A DNA stretch of 32,000 nt, taken from NCBI GenBank assembly GCA_943789275.1, contig CALSTM010000002.1, forward strand, positions 720,001 through 752,000, read 5' to 3'. Positions within the stretch are counted from its first letter, which is position 1, and the number at the start of each line of letters is the position of its first letter. Origin of the DNA: Candidatus Poseidoniaceae archaeon. GTDB lineage: Archaea > Thermoplasmatota > Poseidoniia > Poseidoniales > Poseidoniaceae. Positions 16,625 to 22,841 of the stretch are shown piece after piece. Below the pieces are notes generated by a model. That model ran no database searches, was not told where the DNA came from, and was given only the letters and a program-made list of their open reading frames with translations. The position numbers were made by a program, and so were the translations under genes.

Positions 16625-19600
16625 TTGACTTCACCTCCAAGGGTTGCTGAAGGACAAATTTGGCGAACTGAACAATACGAGCAATGCTTTCCAGGCGTTG
16701 GATTCACTGAGCCATTCGCTGCTGTTTCTATGGCTCTGTTCGCTGTGCGTATTCGTTCCTGAATCCATGCACGGAATCCATTGGATTCCGTGAAATCCGT
16801 ACCCAGCATTCGATGGTGGTTTTGAGTGTACATTGTGCGTTCGCCAATCTCACCGGTGCCAATGTATTTCAAAATCGACGAGTCGATTTCCACGTAATGG
16901 GTCGTCGACTCACCAATCTCAGAGACACCCACGCCGACTACTCGGTCCCCTGGATGACTCTGCTCCCATGCTCGAGCATACAATCCAAGCTGAACTTCGT
17001 CAAACAAAGCTTTGCGATGTCGGTCCCCCTTATCGCCAAACTTTGGGCCATTCACCGTCTTCAAATCACGAATGATGACAAAACGGCTTGCAGCGGATGG
17101 ATGCTCTAAGGAAAGGGGTTCATCCGGCGGAGATGCGGAAAGTACGCCGTCTTTGATGGCTTGAGTTCTCATTTCAGGGTCCAATACAATCGCGTCGACG
17201 CGATCGACTCTTCCTGACAAGTTGAACGTGACCGGTTGAGATAAGTCATCCACTCCATCGACGTTCACATAATTGCCCTTCTTTGAAGAGAACGCCCATT
17301 CACAGGCAAGTGGGCCAACTCCGGTAAGTGCGAAATCCGATTCAATCATACGTCCAATACGTCCGCTGGGTTCGAGTTCATGCTCCCCCTCAAGGTACAG
17401 CCTCCATTCAGCGGGTGTCACGCCAATCATCTCTCGACAACGGTGAACTGCTACAGCGTCATATCGAGTCAACCATGGGACTTCATCGGAGAGGTATGTC
17501 AAGACAGCGCCCCACAATGCATCAACGGAGTTGTTTGGACCAAGGTGAAGTGGTAAAGGGGAAGAGACTGCATCTTCAGCTGTCGGGATTCCATGACTTC
17601 GTAACAAAGCCGCTTCAGTGTCGTGTATGAGCGTCCCGCGAGTACGCGATTCAAGATCCTCGCTCAAGGTTTCCTCGGCTCTGGCTTTGAGTTGCGTATC
17701 CATCCACGCTTTCCGAGGACATTGCAGCCATGACTGCAAGCGGCTTTGAGACCACTTTTCTCGCTTGATGGAAGATGACTTTAGCCCCAATGTCGAGTTG
17801 AGAACTTCGCTTGGGAATGTGTATCCTGGTAACGGCCTCGGGTCAATTGCGGGACCCCTTGACCTGCTGTTGACCTTCAAACCAAGATGCGGCCAATGTT
17901 TCTGCTGGCTTGAGCCAACCCCTACTTGAGACTTCGTTGGTTGGAGAATTATCCCGTCGACGCTCAAGAGATGATGTCGATTCTCCCATGTAAAGTAATC
18001 ACCATTATCGAGGTTTTTCATGACCGGTTGACGAAGATGTCGGTCGTTTTGAAGTTCCAACTCATGGGCCAGGGCAAGGCTGGTGTTCGAAAGAACTGCT
18101 GCCTCGGGCGTCCCACCGTCTCCAAGTTCAAGACCTGAACGTTGACGAACATCGCGTCCGCGGCGCCCACCTCGCTCACCAACTGCTCTACCGTCGCGCA
18201 TCGACATGGTGAACGGTCTTGGAGTAAGCCAAACGTTCCCTCCACCGTGTTCATCATTCGTCCAATGCCAACTTCGGTGGGGATTTCCTTCCTGATGCGA
18301 TTGCTCGTCTAGGAACGAAGGGGCTTGGTTGAACGATGAAAGCGTTCCATCGGCACGAGTTTCTGCCAACCATTCTGCTAATGGAGCACTGGGGCCACCG
18401 CCTTCTTCTGCACTTGTATCAAACACAACAACCTCAGAACCTGCATTGAGCAGATGGCGAAGATGATGCCTTCCTTGACGGATGGTTAAATCCGATGAAA
18501 AGAGTCCCAGTCGTAATTGGGCTGGCGCATCGAGCCACGGAACCTTTGACGCCTTCATTGTCCATGAGTTCACATCCAGCCCTACCAAGAGAATGAGGTC
18601 TGCTTCAACCCCAAGAGCCTTCTCGGGGGTAAGAACAAGAACATTTTTTCCTCGAGAGCGAGAGCGAGGGAGAGACGTTCTCGACAAGGTTTGTTCAAAA
18701 TGTTGAATGAATTGTTCTCCGTTCTTCGGCGAATGCAAATTCGCTTTTTCTAACAATCCTTGAGTGGTTTGATACGCTTCTTTGACCATTTGAAGGCCCG
18801 CAAGGGAACGATCAAAAAGAGCGGTCCTCTTGGTTAAATCTCCCCAATTTAGCCGTTGATAGACCGCATCCAACCATTCGGCACCGGTCTTCAATCGAGG
18901 AGGGAGCGGGAGTCTTTGCCCAGAAGAGCATCCAATCGCTTCGCCTTCGAGGGAGCGGCGCGATTCATCATCAATCAGTGGTGCCCAAATACGGGCCACA
19001 CAATGCATCCACCATTGCGTCTCCTCAAGGGCTTGGCGTTGCCGCTCAGGGTTTTCTCCAAGCTGTGGTGTGGCCTGCGCCAATATTGCCAACCAGCGTG
19101 ACAGACTTCCAAGGCCGCCACGGACATGGAATGAACGCGCGATGTTCTCTAAGATTTCTGGATGAGGACGAGGCGCCCAAGTCCGCTCACTTGGATGGTT
19201 TAGAGATTCAACCGCTCCGTTGATTAACGGCAGGCTGTTGTGTTCATACAAAACTCGGAGGTGCTGCAAAGACCATGCTTCCATTCCAATTCCAAGTTTC
19301 ATTGCTCGTAAAAGACCTGAGACGGCCGGTACGTGTTCCAAGTCCACCTTCTCAGCACCGCAAGTAAAACCCAACGGTTTGATACGCGAATGCCACTGAG
19401 GTAGATTTGACTCCGCAGCACCATCAATTATCAGCACCGTTCCCGAGGAACGGAGTGAGAAAGAGCGTAATAACTCAATGGCCGCATCCATGCTGTGTTT
19501 GCAACGTTCAAGTGTCACGCGATGCAGGCTTGTTTGGCGTTCAATTCCACGTCGAGAGCACCATGGCACGTTTGCCGTGGGTTTCCAAACTTCGTGTTTT

Positions 19601-20451
19601 GGAAGCCATTCTGGAAGGTTTTTTTGAGTCACATACTCCCATTCTGCTTCAAAGAGATATGCTCCGTGATGGCCTAAACGGAATGAACCTGCACAACACA
19701 ATTGATGAATCGGACGATGTCTCGACAACTGTTGATAGAAGGAGCGTTCTATTTCGGTGAAATCAGGTGCAGTGTTGAGCAAGACAATTCCATCCACATC
19801 GTTCAGAGTGAACGGGGAATATTCCGATTGAAGGAGAGCTTGAGTCAGTACATGGAGTGCATGATGAGGATGAGTCCCCGATAGAGTCAACTCAACACGG
19901 TTGAGTATTTTGTCGAAATCACGAGCCCCTGGGTCCTCCTCCCATGCCCAGGGCTGGTTGAGTTGGGTGAGGGTTCGGTGCAACATAAGCACACGTTCAG
20001 TTTGAAATGGAGACCACTTTCTGCCTTCGATGGCGGAAAATAGTAAGGGTAAATCGCCGTTTTCAGCGGCAAGTTTGGTGTGCGCATGCACAACTGCGAA
20101 TGTACCTGCTTCATCGTCGAGCAACGGTGGGAGGCCTAAATCCAAAATGAGCAACTGTGCAAGCCGTTGAAGCGTGAGGTGGTGAGTTGTATCAACGGGC
20201 GCATCGATCTGTGATAATCGAATTAACGTCTGGTTGCGGCTGGCCTCATTCGGGTGGACGACAAGGAGATTCGCCGCATCACCACTGCACAACGCCTCAA
20301 TCAGCCAAGGAGGCAAGTTATCTCCCGAATCAATTGCCTCGAGAGTGATTGATACAGTCGAATCGTGTTTCATCTCGGCCGCCCCATCACCATTACAGAC
20401 GCCGACTGTTCTTGAAGGCTCGTTGCCAAAACGAAGTGGTGTGTATATCAT
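16621..20451 (-). CDS. addB: AddB-like subunit (1276 aa). The N-terminal helicase-like region has no recognisable Walker A. The C-terminus is a RecB-family nuclease with a Cys cluster.
   Basis: C-terminal motifs: LQCPRKAW, GRVDRVDAIVL, FVIIRDLKTVNG, EVQLGLYARAW and HCSYCSVRQICP (16654..16683). Gene order (B then A) and coupling match bacterial addBA operons. No GxGKT is visible in the N-terminal 100 aa. Confidence 0.7.
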   Translation of the reverse strand: MIYTPLRFGNEPSRTVGVCNGDGAAEMKHDSTVSITLEAIDSGDNLPPWLIEALCSGDAANLLVVHPNEASRNQTLIRLSQIDAPVDTTHHLTLQRLAQLLILDLGLPPLLDDEAGTFAVVHAHTKLAAENGDLPLLFSAIEGRKWSPFQTERVLMLHRTLTQLNQPWAWEEDPGARDFDKILNRVELTLSGTHPHHALHVLTQALLQSEYSPFTLNDVDGIVLLNTAPDFTEIERSFYQQLSRHRPIHQLCCAGSFRLGHHGAYLFEAEWEYVTQKNLPEWLPKHEVWKPTANVPWCSRRGIERQTSLHRVTLERCKHSMDAAIELLRSFSLRSSGTVLIIDGAAESNLPQWHSRIKPLGFTCGAEKVDLEHVPAVSGLLRAMKLGIGMEAWSLQHLRVLYEHNSLPLINGAVESLNHPSERTWAPRPHPEILENIARSFHVRGGLGSLSRWLAILAQATPQLGENPERQRQALEETQWWMHCVARIWAPLIDDESRRSLEGEAIGCSSGQRLPLPPRLKTGAEWLDAVYQRLNWGDLTKRTALFDRSLAGLQMVKEAYQTTQGLLEKANLHSPKNGEQFIQHFEQTLSRTSLPRSRSRGKNVLVLTPEKALGVEADLILLVGLDVNSWTMKASKVPWLDAPAQLRLGLFSSDLTIRQGRHHLRHLLNAGSEVVVFDTSAEEGGGPSAPLAEWLAETRADGTLSSFNQAPSFLDEQSHQEGNPHRSWHWTNDEHGGGNVWLTPRPFTMSMRDGRAVGERGGRRGRDVRQRSGLELGDGGTPEAAVLSNTSLALAHELELQNDRHLRQPVMKNLDNGDYFTWENRHHLLSVDGIILQPTKSQVGVGSSQQKHWPHLGLKVNSRSRGPAIDPRPLPGYTFPSEVLNSTLGLKSSSIKREKWSQSRLQSWLQCPRKAWMDTQLKARAEETLSEDLESRTRGTLIHDTEAALLRSHGIPTAEDAVSSPLPLHLGPNNSVDALWGAVLTYLSDEVPWLTRYDAVAVHRCREMIGVTPAEWRLYLEGEHELEPSGRIGRMIESDFALTGVGPLACEWAFSSKKGNYVNVDGVDDLSQPVTFNLSGRVDRVDAIVLDPEMRTQAIKDGVLSASPPDEPLSLEHPSAASRFVIIRDLKTVNGPKFGDKGDRHRKALFDEVQLGLYARAWEQSHPGDRVVGVGVSEIGESTTHYVEIDSSILKYIGTGEIGERTMYTQNHHRMLGTDFTESNGFRAWIQERIRTANRAIETAANGSVNPTPGKHCSYCSVRQICPSATLGGEVN
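16631..16638 (-). promoter_or_regulatory. Shine-Dalgarno GGAGGTGA for the AddA-like gene, embedded in the 3' end of the AddB-like gene.
   Basis: The minus strand reads GGAGGTGA AGTCAA TTG A, with the TTG start and TGA stop overlapping at 16621..16624. Confidence 0.6.
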
Positions 20452-20471
20452 TGATATACTGTAGGTGGCAT
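20448..20471 (-). promoter_or_regulatory. Candidate 7-codon leader ORF (MPPTVYQ*) whose TGA overlaps the AddB-like ATG.
   Basis: The minus strand reads GGTGA ACAT ATG CCA CCT ACA GTA TAT CAA TGA. The SD spacing (4 nt) is the same as at other genes in the window. The main ATG (20451) has no SD of its own. Confidence 0.3.
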
Positions 20472-20504
20472 ATGTTCACCGGAATCGGTTTGGTTCTTTC
20501 TTTC

Positions 20505-20512
20505 TTTATATA
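20505..20512 (-). promoter_or_regulatory. TATA box (TATATAAA on the minus strand) for the AddB-AddA operon.
   Basis: The plus strand reads TTTATATA. The predicted TSS, about 26 nt downstream, falls next to the GGTGA at 20476..20480. Confidence 0.45.
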
Positions 20513-20591
20513 CTGTGGAAGAGAATAGTCTTTGTTTGTGGAAACATGAACAGGTCTTGTTTTGCAAAATCTGCTCATGATGGCCGGCAGG

Positions 20592-20599
20592 TTTAAATA
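20592..20599 (+). promoter_or_regulatory. TATA box (TTTAAATA) for the TFB-like gene.
   Basis: Exact match to the archaeal TTTAWATA consensus. The predicted TSS is about 20622, at the foot of the 20624..20697 stem. Confidence 0.45.
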
Positions 20600-20623
20600 A
20601 AATGACTTTCATACTCTACCTGT

Positions 20624-20697
20624 TGGGCCGTAAAATATCATTTCGTCACTCAAACGGGGGCACCCCCCGGAAGAGCGGCAAGTGGTTGAACGGCCCA
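20624..20697 (+). promoter_or_regulatory. Stem-closed structured element in the predicted 5' leader of the TFB-like gene.
   Basis: TGGGCCGT (20624..20631) pairs with ACGGCCCA (20690..20697). An internal G/C hairpin GGGG-GCAC-CCCC lies at 20656..20667. The SD AAAGGAG (20714..20720) follows downstream. Confidence 0.35.
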
Positions 20698-20729
20698 CAA
20701 ACGACCAAACATGAAAGGAGATAATAAGG

Positions 20730-21929
20730 ATGACTGAAGACATGAACCAAAAGAAGATTGAATTGACAAACTGCGATGAGTGCGCAAGCAAAAACCTCAC
20801 CGCTATGCCCGAAAAGGGAGAAACATGGTGCGACGACTGTGGCCTTGTCCACAAAGACCAGAAGATTCTGGCGAACGACAACGGAAACGCACTGTTCGGC
20901 GAAGGGGCTCACTACCACTCCGTTCGGCAAGATGCTGACCAAAACCGAAACATGGGTGGGACCGGTCCAAAAATGCGGTACGGTTCCAAGGGCGTAATTA
21001 ACCCAGGCAAATACCGATTGCTCGAGAAAATCGACCGAAGCACCGTTCGCAACCCACACCCATTTGCCAACCGTGTCAAACGTAACATCGAACAGTTGTA
21101 CGGCCGTCACGCTCTCCACATCCTCGAATACATCGTTGAGATGTCATGCAAGCCACTTACCGGTCAACAAGAGCTGATTCGAAAGAAGCAAAGCAAGTCA
21201 CTCGCTAAGCGATTGGGCATGCCAAAACAATCCATTTGCCGCAAGGACAAGGGTATCAAGGGTTCTTCAGAGGAACAAAACGCCGTAATCATTGCTGCAG
21301 CAATCGTTGAACTGGCAGGAGATTTGGGCATCATGCCAAAGTTCGACCGACGTTCCACCATGGACAAGGCCGATATCACTCCAAAACAAATCAGCAGCGC
21401 TCGTATTCGTATTTTGCAACACTGGAAGGCCCGCCTTACCATGAAATGGGCAGCCATGCCTCCACGAAAGAACGCAAACGACCGCCGAGAGGATTCAATC
21501 ACTCAGGCCATGGAACACGTGTTCGAAATGCTCGGAGAACACCTCAGTACTGAGGACTACGAGAAGGTGTTGTATGAAACAGAAACTCGCTTGGCTCTGC
21601 TCAAAGAAGGGACTGGTGGAGCACTGACCATCAATATTGAAGCACGAATGGTCGTTTGCGTTACCGCCTACGCCAGTTTGAACTTCTTCGGATTGCAATC
21701 CGGAGCTGCTGATTTACTTGCTGCCGTTTTTGGCCTCACAAGCAGTGGGATTCGTTCCCGCTACGATGCACTGGTGAAGAAATCCGAAGCCGGGACATTT
21801 CATGATGCTGGCGCTTTTGACGTATCGATAGCATGCTACGACCCTGAATCCGACAAACACGCACAGAATGCATTGATAGCCAAAGTTCGCTTGGGCAAAG
21901 TATGCGGAAAGCGTACCTCCTCGTCTTAA
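20730..21929 (+). CDS. tfb: Divergent transcription factor B (TFIIB-family) paralogue, 399 aa.
   Basis: N-terminal TFIIB-type zinc ribbon CDEC-x15-CDDCGLV (20772..20840). Helical, cyclin-like segments follow (GSSEEQNAVIIAAAIVELAGDLGI...ITPKQISSARIRIL). The B-reader/linker region is poorly conserved and the protein is about 100 aa longer than a typical TFB. AAAGGAG lies 9-10 nt upstream. Confidence 0.65.
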   Translation: MTEDMNQKKIELTNCDECASKNLTAMPEKGETWCDDCGLVHKDQKILANDNGNALFGEGAHYHSVRQDADQNRNMGGTGPKMRYGSKGVINPGKYRLLEKIDRSTVRNPHPFANRVKRNIEQLYGRHALHILEYIVEMSCKPLTGQQELIRKKQSKSLAKRLGMPKQSICRKDKGIKGSSEEQNAVIIAAAIVELAGDLGIMPKFDRRSTMDKADITPKQISSARIRILQHWKARLTMKWAAMPPRKNANDRREDSITQAMEHVFEMLGEHLSTEDYEKVLYETETRLALLKEGTGGALTINIEARMVVCVTAYASLNFFGLQSGAADLLAAVFGLTSSGIRSRYDALVKKSEAGTFHDAGAFDVSIACYDPESDKHAQNALIAKVRLGKVCGKRTSSS

Positions 21930-22831
21930 TTGTCTTCTTGATGGCCTTTGTGCCTTCATCGACCGTGGCAGCACCAGCAACTCAGACCGATGTTGGAATG
22001 TTGTTCGGTGGGCAGTGGTCGCTAGCGAACGAGAGTGGAGTTGTATCAACCAACCTGAGCGAATTACCACCCATCGTCGAAGTGTACACAGCCACATGGT
22101 GTTCAAACTGTGTCGATGTCGAGCACGCTTTGGACAACATCGAGAACGAAAGTGGCATCCAACAGTACCACATTCACAGGGCCATTAATGAAATTCAAGA
22201 CCCATTAGGCAGCATCGAAATCGATCAACACTTCATTGACCGCTATGGCACTCAAGCGCCTCCAGCAGTGATCTTTAATGGCACTACCATCAAAATAGGT
22301 AGTATCGCTGAAGCTGCATCGTTGGAAGAAGAGTTTACTTCGCTTTCCGAGATCCACCTCTCGCTTATCGGCGACTCGAGTTTTGCTTGGACGCCTGTTT
22401 CACAAGATGCTGGGTTCGTCGCATGGTCCCTTGATGTTGAAAACATGATTGCTCCTGAAGGCAGTACCATCGTTGCTCAGGCATGGATTGTCGAAGACTC
22501 GGCCCGATTTGAAGACGGGTCAAACGGTCTCGAAAATTACCCGCACGTTGTAAGGGGAATCGTTGAATTAGGTCACCTAAACCTCACGAGCGAATCCGTT
22601 TCCATGACCGGTAATACGACCGTTTCACTCCCACCTGCATACGATGGGTCCGACCTGTCTGTTCACCTTCTGTACCAGTTGAATTATCCGGTTGAAAGTG
22701 TGGAAGATGTTAGCCAAAACAACGAATGTGAAGGAACGGATTGCGAAGACGAAGAACAATTTATTCCTGCAGCATCGATACTGATGAGCATGAGCGTTCT
22801 TATTGGCGTGGCTTTGTTACGTAACGATTGA
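21902..22831 (+). CDS. Secreted, C-terminally membrane-anchored thioredoxin-fold protein with a CxxC motif.
   Basis: Signal-peptide-like N-terminus MRKAYLLVLIVFLMAFVPSSTVAAP. Thioredoxin-like VEVYTATWCSNCVDVEHAL. Acidic linker ECEGTDCEDEEQ followed by a TM anchor (IPAASILMSMSVLIGVALLRND). It overlaps the TFB-like gene by 28 nt. Confidence 0.6.
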   Translation: MRKAYLLVLIVFLMAFVPSSTVAAPATQTDVGMLFGGQWSLANESGVVSTNLSELPPIVEVYTATWCSNCVDVEHALDNIENESGIQQYHIHRAINEIQDPLGSIEIDQHFIDRYGTQAPPAVIFNGTTIKIGSIAEAASLEEEFTSLSEIHLSLIGDSSFAWTPVSQDAGFVAWSLDVENMIAPEGSTIVAQAWIVEDSARFEDGSNGLENYPHVVRGIVELGHLNLTSESVSMTGNTTVSLPPAYDGSDLSVHLLYQLNYPVESVEDVSQNNECEGTDCEDEEQFIPAASILMSMSVLIGVALLRND

Positions 22832-22841
22832 GTTCACGGGA

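Noticed and set aside
20625-20696. A 72-nt segment closed by a 7-8 bp stem (GGGCCGT...ACGGCCC followed by A). It is tRNA-sized, so I tested it as a tRNA on both strands.
   Set aside because: It has no D-arm GG, no T-loop GTTCRANYC-like sequence, no complementary T stem and no sensible anticodon stem on either strand. I kept it only as a possible structured 5' leader.
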